Notes under the pieces: model-generated
The model's database searches: none
Seen by the model: only the letters and a program-made list of their open reading frames with translations
What the model was told of the DNA's origin: nothing
Shown: positions 1 to 12,975 of the stretch, piece by piece
How positions within the stretch are numbered: position 1 is the stretch's first letter
Layout: every line of letters begins with the position of its first letter
Position numbers and translations under genes: made by a program
NCBI RefSeq assembly: GCF_024521635.1
Contig: NW_026250404.1
Location: 62,001-126,000, forward strand
From: Tricharina praecox
Taxonomy: Eukaryota
DNA: 64,000 nucleotides
Direction: 5' to 3'

Positions 1-363
1 ACCTCATCCCCTCGCATTGCAGCCAGGAGGATGATGTTTTTTATGAGGAAAACCCGCAGGAAAAAACCTCGACCGAGTAAGGGGCGTTATGTCAGTCCGC
101 TGTGCTCTTGCCACGTTATGTGCCTGCTCTTTGCTCTTGCCACTGCTGTTGTGCTTTGCTCATGCCTGTGCTTGGAGAGAGAAGATGGGAGGATAGGGGG
201 GTGAGGAGGTTTTATAGGTGTGATCGCCGCCGGATGGCTTCGAACGTGGGTCTTGCTTGTTGAAGGGTCATTCTGCTAGCTAGTGACGGCATCTCTCGAC
301 CCTTTGAAGGATAACCCTAGGCCCCTTCATCTTCCGTACACATTCTACTTATCTTTCTTCCTT

Positions 364-414
364 CTCTTCCTCTTCCTCTTCCTCTTCCTCTTCCTCTTCC
401 TCTTCCTCTTCCTC
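364..414. repeat. (CTCTTC)n microsatellite
   Basis: About 8 perfect CTCTTC units are directly visible. Confidence 0.95.
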
Positions 415-632
415 ACTACTGTCACCAACACCAACACCACTAGGTAATATTCTTTCTACAAAAAAAGGAACCATCCGACCAGCACCAGGACGCCACTCCC
501 GGTACGGATCGAAAAGAAATACACCGAAAATCTTCCATACACGACATCTTGGTTCTCAATACCTTGACTGACAACGTGAGCTGATGCAACCGTGGGGACG
601 GTTGTGGGGAATCTGGAGACCAACTGGACAAC

Positions 633-900
633 TCGGCGGATACTAATGGACTAGCAACAGCAGTAAGGGAATTTTGTGGGGAGGGAGTGCGGACGTAATG
701 CAGGCTGCACAGAAGACCGACAATCGGGATCACGTACCCGCGAACACGGCGGATTAACCACGCGGCGGATACTAATGGACCAGCAGGATTCAGGGAACTT
801 TGTGGGGAGGGAGTGCGGACGTAATTCAGGCTGCACAAAAGACCGACAATCGCGAACACGGCGGATTCACCACGCGGCGGATACTGGACCAGCAGCAACC
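633..900. repeat. Imperfect ~115-130 bp tandem duplication
   Basis: The block cggcggatactaatggac...tgtggggagggagtgcggacgtaat..aggctgcaca.aagaccgacaatcg...cgcgaacacggcggatt.accacgcggcggatact occurs twice, with the start of a third copy. Confidence 0.9.
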
Positions 901-1489
901 CGACTAGGTATCCGGATACCACCAGGATTAATAGACGTATATCAAACATGCATCCTTCCACCACGCCTCTGTGTTCAATACTTTGGTTGTGGTGGAAGCG
1001 AGCGTATGCAGACATACCGGCATTCGGGGGATCGTATGTAGTAGTATGTAGGATCGTGGATAGAAACTATTCAGCCAATGGCTGATCATAAACCAAACAT
1101 TATACTCAGATCGCTCGGGTCATCATTTGCACCTAGAGTCTGCTATTACGGGCGACGGGCTCTGCTGCGCGGATTGGTGGTTTTTGTTTGTCCTGTCACG
1201 CGTGAGTACTCATATCTGTGGGGAACCGAAGCTGACTGGAGGCTGCAGCCTGTAGATGTCGTCTTTATGCGAGTGCCGTTTGGCGTGTACGGTGTCTTAC
1301 TATCTTACGCTGCTTGTACATACTACTATCGGCAGAATATTATGATTTGATGGTGCTTGTCTTTTTGGAATCGGATGACGTTAGGTCTACATACGGCGGG
1401 TTGCTGACTTGATACCCCTATCTAAGCTATGGCAGTATATCCATCGAGTCTTTTTTTTATCCATCGTATAGCATACAACCTCTTGGACC

Positions 1490-1660
1490 AAGCCAAGTAC
1501 ACTGACGGTTTCCTTGTCCACCGTCCAAACCTGACCGAAGTCGAGCGGCCCGTTGCAACCTCCCCTGCCCACCGCCCGGGCCTTCCTCGAAGATATGTAG
1601 AATGCACCAAGGAAATAAAGCTAGGAAAATAAAGTGTCCACTCCTCATTCCGCCTCGTAC
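1490..1660 (-). mobile_element. Degenerate 3'-UTR fragment of a LINE-like retrotransposon
   Basis: Aligns by eye to ~53775-53950 (gagcggcc...ccgccc.ggcct...gatatgtag...aaataaagctaggaaa...ccgcctc). That stretch lies just downstream of a LINE ORF2 C-terminal remnant. Confidence 0.65.
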
Positions 1661-2621
1661 GCTTACTCGCAGAGTCCATGGCATCTTTCTGGAATGAAAA
1701 GTCAATATCCGAGTGATGTGTTATGATTATGTGTCCCCCGCCTCCCTCAAGTTCTAAGCCTTAAACACCGCCAAACGTCTATTGACTTCGTATTGTTAGA
1801 GGCATTTAGCTAGCAGCTCGCGAGTAGCAAAATCACACGTAACTACTGTGGCAAAAAATGGGGGTTTATCGGTATGGTAGCAGCACCGGTACAGGACGGT
1901 CATCAGATTAAAACTCGGTAACCAAAAAACGGCGACATCTTTACAGTAGGAACAGGAATAGAATATTCAAAGCAATGCCCAATGACATTTCGGTGCCTAA
2001 TCATGTGAATAATCACGTTATTTAATATTGGTCACACTATCGCGATGAGCCGGCATTTATGAATGTGTCTTCGCGCAACTCTCATTGGAGGGGTTGTCAG
2101 CGAGAGGAGGAGGTTATGGGGAAACTGTTGGCGAGAGAAGGAGTTGTCTGCGAGAGGAAGACAAGTATGGTGGAGAGGTCTGTCCGCGTGCTGTCTGCTG
2201 TTTTAGTAAACAGATTAGAAAGCGATGCCTACACTGATCCATTGAGTGTCAAGAATGAAGGGAGCCGCCTGAGGCATATGATTTAACTGATGGACGTGAC
2301 GGGTCGAGTTCCAAGAAATCTCTTTTGATGGGACGAGGCTCCGGATAACTCTGCATCTTGTCCGGAATTGAAGTCCGTTTCTCCACCACGACAGCACGCA
2401 ACGAGTGATACCTCTCAAAACATGATGGCACTTGACTGGACTCTTAAAGTTGACTCAAACCATTTATTCCAACGCCTTACGCATCGCGCAAGCAGAGACA
2501 GAGCAGGCTATTACAAGTTACAGCATAACAAATAAGGAATAAGACAATAAGTACAACCCACACAGAAAGCCGAAACGAAGACGCCCCCTTATTCCAACAA
2601 CGCCGGCGATACACCCATTAA

Positions 2622-5600
2622 TTATTCCAATTTCTCAAGAACCAAGCTCTGAACCACATCCTCATCATCCAGGATCCTAAGCCCGCGCCTAGATTTCCAC
2701 AGCTTTTTCGCCTTTGCCTTCTCGGCGGCGCAGACGAGTACGCAGTCCCACTTCGCCCCCAGTTCCTTGAGCAGCTTCTCGCCTGCATCGAGGGTCTTCG
2801 CCTTGACTACCTTCTTGGCCCCAAGGGCGAGGCAAAGGAATGTAAACACTTTCTACTGCTTGTTAGCTAGAGAATAAGAATGGCAAGGGTGGTATCTAAT
2901 ACCCGTTTCTCAACCCCAAGCCCTTTCTCTACAGCGATGACATTCCATCCATCAAATATTCTCTGCCTCCCGTCGATGTCCCCCAATCTTGTGGTGGTGG
3001 CATCCGAAAGAGGCAACATTCTGCTTCTAACCGCGCCGCCAAGATACCGCGACTCACCCGCAGGGAGTAGATAATACTGCCAATCGACGATCTTCCCCTT
3101 CTTAACGCAATCATCGATCCAGCGGCCGGCAAGACACGGCAGGCCTAGGGCGAGCGCCTGCAGGAACTTTGCGCGGCGCGAGTGCGCGTGCGCAATTACC
3201 GCTGTGAAGCCAAGGTTCTGGACTTCGGGCTTCATGACGAGTTGCTGCTCGTTGCCGTTGCCAATGGGGTGGCGAGCGGGATCGTCCATAGCATCGATGT
3301 CGTGGAAGAGCTCGTCGAAGCCAGAGTGTAGGAGTCGCCCGCCGTGCGCGCGGATCTTGGTTTCAATTGAGCGCTTCATGGTGTCTTCCGGGCCGAAGGA
3401 GAGGGCAAAGACCATGCCCTGGAATAAGCCGCCTTTGGGGGTCATGGCGGGAACGCTTGCGGGACTGTTGTGCATGAATGCCGGTGTGGACGTCCTACGG
3501 ATACAAGCACCAGCGAGGCCAGGAAATGGCGAGGGGCTTGCAGTGGCATTCATAGAGTTGGGAATGGAAATGGGCACTGAGAAGTTCATCGATGTGTCCC
3601 GAGGTCCGTACTGCGCCCATAGGGACTTGGTAAGATAAATCTTCGCAAGAGGCACCTCGATTTCGGAAATCGAACTATTCTTGGAGGTAACCGATATGGT
3701 GAGATGACCTCGGATATCGCTATGTCGCGCTACACTATCGTCAGAGTGCTTATCAAGCTCGGCGGCTTCGGGTGCCCTGGGAAAGTTGCTGATGATCCAA
3801 GTGCCCCGCTTCAAATCCGGCAGGTCAACTTTGACCGTGTCCCCAAGTCGAAGATCAAGGCTTCGTACGCACTGCCGCTCCAGCTGACAGGGCGTTCCAT
3901 CGTCAAAGACCACTTGCACTCGTGTTTGGGATTCAGTCGGGCATAATGTCGCTGGGTAATAGTGCAGCTTCTGGTCCTTGAATAGAGCAAATACTCTCCT
4001 GGGTGCGATAACAGGTGGGATCGCCGAAGATGATTCCTGTGGTCTCGGGATGTTGGCGATCGGAACGTCGGATTCGTCCCCGCCATCCGTTGCCATGGTC
4101 GTGGGACTATCCGACTCTAGTGTGGGGAGACTCGGGAGAGCCGGACTGATACGAGTCGACGTTGTTCTCTTCTTAGTGACAGGCTTCGCAGGAGGGTAGA
4201 TGGCTCTTCCGATCTTGCTCGTGAGCTTCGCAGGTGGAGCTGCCCTAGGGATAGTAGGGCAGGACGGCGATGATGGGTGCGAGAACCGAATTTGTGCAAC
4301 CGGCGCAATTAGTTCTTCAGTCTCGCCCGACCCTGATGCGGTCTTTCTCTTCTTTCTCGCCCGGCCCTTCAAAATTGAAGGTGGATGCGCAGGTACCTCC
4401 AAATCGGGCCGGTAGCCAATACCCACATTCTGAACGATACCAATCATATCAACTTCGTCGGGATTCTCCAAATTGCTTAATGGTGGTTGACTGTTGTTCA
4501 ACGCAGCAAAGCTTTTAAGCTGACACTGTGCTCCTGGAGACGATGAGGTGAGATCATCGCCTTCGTCATCCGCTTCTCTGCGTCTCTTGGTAGGTGTTCC
4601 GAGCGTCTGATTTGGCGCAATCTCGCGGGTAGGAGCATTCAGTCCGGCGGAAACCGGTGTGATTGAGTGGACACTGTCGCCCTCTGGGACTGTAGCTAGT
4701 GTTGCCGCCATGCCTTTCCCCGTCTTCCCGTTTTGTTTACCTCTTGAACCACTCGCTACCGGTGGTGGCGTTCCGCGGGTATCGTCGCGAGCAGGACTCG
4801 AGGGGCCGGGTGTCAAGCTGCTCTGGACTTGGCTGGTAAGAGGGATCAGGCCGGAGGACTCTCGCACAAAATCAGGGACGTTCTTCAACATCTCGGAGAT
4901 GGTGTCTGTGGGGTCTGGGTCTGGGGGCGTGGGAGGGAAATCGGGCACGTTGAAAGGGACCATTTGAGTTAAGGACATTGGGTTGGTGCTAGTTCCGCGC
5001 TTCTCAAGCTTTGGAGGGGAAGATATATCAGGCATCGATTTGGTATGATGCAGGGGACTTTCTGACGAGGAAGCTTGGCCCTTTCGGAGGGAAGAGTATG
5101 ATTTTGATCGTCGTTGAAATATGGGTACCTGGTGGAACTGGTCCCAGGTCTCATCCAAGTCAAGTGTAGTTCGAGGTTGAGTTCGTGGCGGTCGCCGTGC
5201 TCTTGGAGGGCTGGCTGGTACTTGAGTTTGCGGTGCTACTGGAGGAGGACGGGCCGCGGCAGGGGTAGAAAAGATTACGGCGTCTTCTCGGCATTGACTC
5301 TCTGGCCCTGTGTCACTGGCTGTCTCATCATCATCCAGCAATTCAATAACCGGACGTTGAACACTGGTCCCCCTTTCAACAAGCTTTTCGGAAATCCTAA
5401 CAGGCTTTTTGGATTTTTTTGTTTGTTTCGTGGACAGAGTTTTGGATTCAGACGGACGGTAAGCTTTAATGGCAGCTGCTGCTTTCCTTTTTCTCGCATC
5501 AACTTTCATCTTTTTAAGTTCATCCTTCGAGAACAGGATATCTTCATCGTCCGAATCATCCCGCAGAACCGGTCCCGCACGCGCCAGAGGCGCTGGTGAC

Positions 5601-6731
5601 GAAAATGGAACCGGCGACAATGTTCGTGGACGCACAGGTGTTTTCGATGCCTCTTTAGCTAACTCTCTACCCATGCCGGTTTGGGGCGGCCTGGTAAACT
5701 CCGGAGGCTCTGTGGTTCCCCGTCGCCAGGCAGGACTCGCTGCTCGAACAGGCGAACTGCAATTATCCCAAAACGTTGGAGCCAAAGGCATGGACTGCGC
5801 CATCAGTCTAGCAGCAGCATAAGACGGAGTCGGAGGAGGTAACGAGCCCACCGCTCTCATCCTGTCGATAGGAGATGATGGAGTATTGAACACATCTGCC
5901 AGGCTCATGCCAGTTCCTTTACTCATTCCAATTAGGTGGCCAAGGGGATTGATGTCAACTTTTGCTGGACTAGACTGCTGATGACGTCCAGGAGAGTCGA
6001 ACCGATTGGCTTCGAGAAAGTGGGTCGATTTTTCCACACGTTCGTCTTCGTCCGGGAGGCCATCATCTATTATTGGCTCCAGGTCCAACTCTGGCCCGCC
6101 GGGCTCCTCCGGAGCCGTTGCCATGAGCTCGTGATCGGATCGGGGAACATCCTCTTCGGTAGCCTTCGGCTCCTGTTCATGTTCCTGCGTATCAGGCATA
6201 GGGGCATCCTCTTTAGTAGCCGTCGGCTCCCGTTCCTGTTCCTGCGTATCGAGTCTAGGGGTATCTTCTTCAGTGGCCGTCGGTTCGTGATCTTCTTCCT
6301 GCTCCCGTTCTTGTGTATCTCTCGCTAACGGTTGATACCGTGCCGAATTGATCGCCTTCATACTGGCCGAATCCACCTGGGTCTCCCCAAGGTCAATTTG
6401 AGAGTAGGGAATTGAATACGAAAGGTGCAGATTCCCGGAAAAGTCTCGACTTTGGCTTTGCGGCTGCGCATTTGCTGTATAATATGGGATCGAAGATGGA
6501 ACGGACGCTTGAACCAATGGGATGTCATTGGAAGGTGCCTCGGCGGGTGGCGGGGATTGCGGTACTAATGTTTTTCCGGGAGCTTCTGGTGGCGGCTTGG
6601 GGATTTCCTGTGGGACTACAGTGAGTAGAGCTCTGAGTCGGGAAACGAGGACGGGTGTATTGGAGATAGCGTACTGAGAATGCCTCTCGCAGATGTCGAA
6701 CATCGATGGAGGCCTCAGTAGTTCCGGACAT
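2622..6731 (-). CDS. rad9: DNA-damage checkpoint mediator of the Rad9/Crb2/53BP1 type (disordered SQ/TQ-rich N-terminus, tandem Tudor-like domain, C-terminal tandem BRCT)
   Basis: Exons 6731-6675 (MSGTTEASIDVRHLREAFS), 6607-2903 and 2852-2622, with GT-AG introns 6674-6608 and 2902-2853 that keep frame. Motifs: RVFALFKDQKLHYYPAT...VVFDDG (Tudor-like), GLFQGMVFALS, HSRRAKFLQALALGLPCLAGRWIDDC and YYLLPAGES (BRCT). The start exon is inferred. Confidence 0.85.
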
Positions 6732-7412
6732 CGGCTTTGCCTGCTTCCCCACAACTGACCGCGGGGTATAGCTTCAAAGGGTATGTTCTATAGTAGATGG
6801 AACAAATAGCCGCAGTGAAAGCACCAATCGGAAGAGAAGATCAAAGGAAACCGCGAAGGAGCTCGATAACGCTTCGATGGCGGTTGGTGAGGATGATTAT
6901 CGATTGGCCGTGTCCTGGTGGTCGGAGAGTCGAGTCGCGTTGAGCAGATGAGGGAGGCGACGCGACTTGGGAACTGGAGGAATGAACCCTGGCAGAGCAA
7001 AGCCGGGAAGCGTGAAATGGCATCCCAGTGCACGTGACACTGGGTCAAAGCGCTCAATGCTCAACCCCGTGGACACTCTTCAGCAATGGGACAAAGATTA
7101 TACACCTAAAGAGATTCTGAGGACAGGCCAGAAGTACCAAATTTTCCAGTTTGAACAGATTCTTGAGTCTGAAAGTATTGTCACATGATATATCTACACA
7201 GCTTAGATAGACAGAGTAGATGCTCTATTCCCGATTCGCTCAAACTACCTTGCACGTGTAGCTCATCACGCGAGGCCGCATCATCCATCCCCTAAGTTCG
7301 AACCCTTCCAACTGTCGCTCCTCCAGCCTATTTGCGGATCATCCTCTCATCGCCGACCGGCCGTGATCAACTCGACGAACACTAGCTGGGCTACATACTA
7401 CCAAATCACATC

Positions 7413-10190
7413 ATGGACGATCTTTCAAGACTCAACTGGTCGACCACAAACAAACCTCCCAACACATTCGCGAATGTGTCCCTGAAATCATCCCCGCTCT
7501 CCTCCGCTGGGCATCAGAACGGCTCAACGCCATCCAAGAAAACCGCCGGCGATAGCTTCTCCAATCTTGTATCTTTCAGCCGTGACAAGCAGGCCTCCAA
7601 TCTGTCGCTACTGGAGCAGCAAAAGAAGCTCGAGGAGCAGCGCCAGAAAGATGAGGAAGGTCGTCGGAAACAGATGGACTCGCTGTTCGGGGGTGCCGGC
7701 TGGGATTCTCTTGCTGGACGAGGCAGCGGAACACCTGCGTCAACCGCTTACAGCGCGCCTCCAGCGACCGATGATGACGATCTCCTAGCAGCGTTTAACT
7801 CCTCAGCTCCTGTAGATTCTACCTCCCACTATCCGGCTCCAGCCACCAGCGTCACTCCGCAGCCACAGAATGGCTTTGATCTGCTCGGCGAGCCCTCTTT
7901 CGCAGCGATCACCACACCGTCACTCTCCAACTCCCACTCCCTCGATCTATTCGGTACACCCACGAACCTCCCCTCGCGCGGCACCTCGCCCATCCCGCCG
8001 CCGCAATCGCAAACCGATGACGATGATTTCGATATTCTGGGGGATCTCGCGAAACCTGTATCGGAGCTTCCACGGCCGCAGCCCACTCCGTCGCCGAAAC
8101 CGGTGTCCCGTCCGGCTTCCGTACCGCCGACTTCGGATCCAAGAGACCCCGCAATCGCAGAGATAATGGATATGGGGTTTACAGCAGACCAGGCGAAACG
8201 AGCATTGGCCGAGACGGATACGGGATTGGATGTGGAGGCTGCGGTAGGTTGGTTACTGGAGGATGCTCATCAAAAGAATCGGCCCGCTGGTTTGACACCC
8301 CCGCAGCAGGAACGTGGGAGGGAGCCACGCGGTGAGAGTAGCCGGCAGCCCCGAACTCCATCGAACGAGCAGAGGAGGGAGCGGGAAAGGGGGGATGCCA
8401 ATACTCCTGCGTGGGCGAGAGGTGGGCCGCGTCCCGGGGAGAAGGATATTGGGGCTTATGCGGCGGAGGTGGGCGGGACGCTGTTCAAGTCAGCGAATAG
8501 TCTCTGGAGTACGGGCCGCAAGAAGATGGAGAGGGCGGTCGCGGAGCTGAAGGCGGATTTGGTGGATGGTGGAGGTGATCCGACTCAGCCTAAGTGGATG
8601 AGGGAGCGGCAGATCAGAGAGGAGCTGGAAAAGCGTGGCGCAAAGGGAATCTCTCGAAACGACAGACCGCCGTCAGCTGATGAGGAAGATACGCGCTCAA
8701 GAGGCAGGCCGGAGGCAGCAATCACAGATGAAGCGTTGATGCTGGAAATGGGAGGAGGCCCACCACCTCCGCGACGGAAGCTTAGGGAAGAACGGCTTTC
8801 ACCGGCACCTTCCCGGAACTCTGGCATGTCTGAAAACGAAAGGATACAACAGCAGCGCATGCTCGAGATGGAGACTGCCATACGGGAGAAGGAGAGAGAG
8901 ATGCACGAAAGGGCACTGCGGGAACGGGAAAGGTCACGTGCCGGAGCTGCTATTCCCGACAGTGCAAGCAGGAAAGCTAAACTGGCCTCCGAGAGCGAAC
9001 CGGTATACGTCTCGCGCAACCGCCGACGACCACCTCCGTCCTCCGCTTCCGCCTCGAAACCATCTACTCCCGAGCCAGACCTCCTCGGGGGTGGTAGCGG
9101 TAGTGGCCTAGGCGACAGCAGAGGCAGCAGCTCACTAAACCCCTTTGCCCGCGATATGGCAGCAGAAAGCCAGCGGTCTCCCCAACCCTCGACAATATCA
9201 AGGACACCAACTCCCCGCCGCCCAGCTCCCAAGCCACGACAGTCAGTTCCAATCTCACCATCTGCACTGGCTCAATCCAACGCGGCGCGACAGAAAGGAA
9301 CCGATGCCTTCAAGCGTGGAGACTATACCGCCGCAGACACCTTCTACACATCTGCACTAGCCCCAGTTCCAGAAACCCACCCGCTGTGCATAATCCTCCT
9401 AGCCAACCGTTCCCTGTGCAAAGTCAAACTTGGCGGTCCCAAAGACGCCATCGTCGATGCCGATGCCATTCTCCATCTCATAGGCGAATCTCGTGGAGAA
9501 TCCGAAACCATCACGCTTGACGGCACGGAAAAGGACATGAAGGATTATTGGCTTAAGGCCATCATGCGAAAAGCAGAATGTCTCGAACAACTGGAGAAAT
9601 GGGGCGATGCTAAGGATACCTGGGAACTTGCCCTCACTGCGGGCGGAAACGCGGCTGCTATCAATGGTAAGCGCCGCTGTGAGGCGGCCCTCAAGCCTAA
9701 GGCTCCACCGAAGCCGAAGGCCCCCGTCAAGCCTAAGGTTCCATCGCCATCTGCTAAGCCGAACGTCGCTGTGGCGGCGCTACGGAAGGCAAACGCCGAC
9801 CAGGAGCGACAGGATAATGAACGCCTGGAGTTGCATGATATCGTGCACGACAGAATTGGAAACTGGAAGAACGGCAAGGAGGGGAATCTCCGAGCACTTC
9901 TTGCGGGACTTGACACAGTACTATGGGAGGGGAGTGGGTGGAAGAAGGTTGGAATGGGGGAGTTGCTTATTCCCCAGAAATGTAAGATCGCTTATATGAA
10001 GGGCATTGCGAAGGTTCATCCTGATAAGGTATGATTTCTGTTCTAATGGTGGATGAAGTGGATGGATGAGATGCTGACCTGAATACAGATCAGTCAGGAT
10101 GCTACCACGGAGCAGAAGATGGTCAGTGCCGCCGTTTTCAGTCTTCTCAATGATTCATGGGAGATATTCAAGACTGAGAATGGGTTGTAA
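7413..10190 (+). CDS. swa2: Swa2/auxilin-like clathrin-uncoating co-chaperone (UBA + TPR + C-terminal J domain)
   Basis: UBA: AIAEIMDMGFTADQAKRAL...AAVGWLL. DLL/DLF clathrin-binding-type motifs. TPR: RQKGTDAFKRGDYTAA. J domain: WKNGKEGNLRALL...AYMKGIAKVHPDK. Intron 10029-10088; the last exon ISQDATTEQKM...FKTENGL ends at TAA 10188-10190. Confidence 0.88.
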
Positions 10191-10411
10191 TTAGAATGGC
10201 GACTATAATTTCTCTCCTAGGGATATCTTTGGTAGCTTGACTTGACGCGTTTAGAACTGCGAGTTTTTGGATGTTTATTGCGTTTTTTGTTTTTATTTTT
10301 TCGATTTTCGAGCTTTAAAGCATTTCTCTCTCCATCTACACCATTGGCATGGCAATGACCCGCCGGGATCCTTGCCATCTTAGCGCAAACGGGTTTCAAA
10401 TTCGTATCTAT

Positions 10412-10457
10412 AGCTTGCTGATCACGAGCGTACTGATCACGAGCTTGCTGATCACGA
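10412..10457. repeat. Three ~15-bp tandem units each containing CTGATCACGA, directly upstream of the peptidase gene
   Basis: gcttgctgatcacga gcgtactgatcacga gcttgctgatcacga. A regulatory role is not established. Confidence 0.8.
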
Positions 10458-10499
10458 TAATACCATAGAAGTTACATAGCGGATAGAAACGGCTTGACT

Positions 10500-12145
10500 A
10501 TGGCGGCTAGATCATCGTTGAGACATCTGTTGCAGCCGTGCATCCGAGCATACGGCCAACCCCGCAGCCGTCATCACCTCCCCAGTTCACCCCGCTATCT
10601 TCCCGTAGCATACACCCCTCGAACACGACACTTCACCATTACTGCCACCATTATGCCATCTGTCGACGAAATTCTCGCCCGCCGCTACCCCGCAAAAGCA
10701 CATGCGAAGGCCGTCGCCGACTACCTTCACTCCCGCCATCCTGCACTGACCGACGGCACGATCTACCTGGAATCCGCAAAATCCGGGCACCACGAAGACT
10801 GCGACCAAGAGCTCTCCCCGCGGCAACGCCGTCCCTTCTTCTACCTCACCGGCTGCAGCCTTCTCGACTCTTATGCGGTTTACACCATCGCCTCTCAGAA
10901 GCTCACACTCTACATCCCGCCTATCAACCCTGCCGATGTCCTCTGGTCCGGGCTGCCGCTCTCTCCACAGGAGGCGCAGAAGCGATACGATGTCGACGAT
11001 GTCCGCACCACCGACCAGCTAGACACCGATCTCCGCGCGCTCGAGGCGGCAGCAACCCCAGCCCAACCGCTCTTCGTCATCCCAACCCAAGTCTGCCGCT
11101 CTTTCAACCAGCAAGTCTCAGGCTCTTTCATCACATCCACGCTCAAGTCTGCCGTCGACGAATGCCGCGCCTTGAAGGACGCCTACGAAGTAGCCCTCAT
11201 CAAAAAAGCCAACACCATCACCACCGCCGCGCACCAGGCCGTCATGGCTGCCGTCAAATCCGCCAAAAATGAGCGCGAGCTGCTCGCCGTGTTTACTGAA
11301 CGGTGTATCTCCCTCGGCGCGCCAACCCAGGCGTACACGGGGATTTTTGCAGCCGGCAGGGCCGCCGCGACGCTACACTACGTACATAACAACCAGCCTC
11401 TAGAGGGGAAACTTAATCTACTACTAGATGCGGGGGCCGAATTGGATAATTACGCGAGTGATGTGACGAGGACATTTCCCATATCGGGAAAATTCTCGAA
11501 AGAAAGCAAACAGGTCTACGACATTGTCCTGCGTATGCAAAAGGAATGCCTTGACCTCTGCAAGCCGGAGCAGAATTGGGATGGTGTCCATGTTCATGCG
11601 CACCGAGTGGCGATTGAGGGGCTACTGGAACTGGGAATCCTCAAAGGGGGGAATGTGGACGAGATTTTGGAGAGTAGGACTAGCTGTGCGTTCCTCCCGC
11701 ATGGGCTGGGTCATTACCTCGGCATGGACACCCATGACACGGGTGGAAATCCGAACTATGAGGATAGCGATAAGATGTTCTGTTATCTCAGGAAACGGGG
11801 GCCACTGCCTGTGGGTGCGGTTATCACCGTTGAGCCGGGTGTAAGTCCTCTTGGTGACATACCGGAATGGGGCGCTGACCAGGGAAGATCTATTTCTGCG
11901 AATTCATCATCCACCCGTACCTGAAGGACCCAAAGCATGCAAAGTTTATTGACGAGAAGGTGCTGGATAAGTACTGGGATGTTGGTGGTGTTAGAATTGA
12001 GGGTGAGTTTCCTATTCCCTGAAACGACTCTGGCTGACGATAGACAGACAATATCCTCATTACGAAGGATGGCTATGAGAACCTCACCACGACGGTCAAG
12101 GAGGTCGAAGAGATGGAGAGTATTGTGAATGGCGGGTCGAAGTAG
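10500..12145 (+). CDS. pepP: Xaa-Pro aminopeptidase / prolidase (peptidase M24B), with a possible N-terminal mitochondrial presequence
   Basis: Motifs [26 protein letters not shown]...[35 protein letters not shown] and GGVRIEDNIL. Introns 11841-11887 and 12003-12047; stop TAG 12143-12145. A second in-frame ATG lies at 10653 (MPSVDEIL). Confidence 0.92.
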
Positions 12146-12975
12146 GGGATAAACATACCGTTGGAATGATTGGCTGAACTCAGCCACCTCCCATCGAGTG
12201 TAACGGGAAATGCACGAGTGAGAATCCGTGTTCCGCTCTACTAATCACCGAACCCGTTCTCCTGCTGGATAGTGTTCTTTCTCTTTCCGTAGCGGATAGA
12301 GGTTTGAATTGAATGTTAGCTAACGTCTCATATCCTCCTACAACCTCGTGGCAATACACACCGATTTGACGTTAGTTTGGGCCCCCATGCTCACTTTGCG
12401 ATTCAATTCAAGCCGGTGCGTCTTCTGACTTACAATGCGTCAGTAGACAGTCAGGCGATGAGATTTGCGTGACCCGAGCTGGCTGTTGTGTTGCAATATC
12501 TGTCTAGATTAATGGTAGAAGGCATGGGCCTTTACCCCTATTCCCATATATCATCTGTTCTCACGAGGCTACAGCCTTACACTTCAATACTACACTGTTC
12601 ACCACCATATCTTACCATATCTTACTCTATTATTCCAACATGTTGAGGTGCCCAATATCCGAGTGATTTTAGGTGCGTGCGCATAAACCGCGAGTCGACC
12701 TGAAAGTACTCATGCAATGAGAAGGCTGTAAACACTGTTGCAGAATTGCTGCGACAAGGTTAGCAAAGCATAACAGAATCTATTATCATCAATCGTCTGC
12801 TTATTCAAACCACAAACCTCGTCCCTGCGGTCCCAGCTTGCTGGAAATAGGCTGCAGATGACTCCTGAAGGGGTAGTATCCTCCTACCGATCGGTGTTAC
12901 GCAGAAGCCGGATTATACAGAACTTCGGTTCAATACGGTACCCGCTACCACTACTGCTCCTTACATTGCTCGACC

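Noticed and set aside
1703..12667. Exact 15-mer CAATATCCGAGTGAT at 1703-1717 and 12653-12667
   Set aside because: About one or two chance 15-mer matches are expected in 64 kb, and the flanks do not extend the match.
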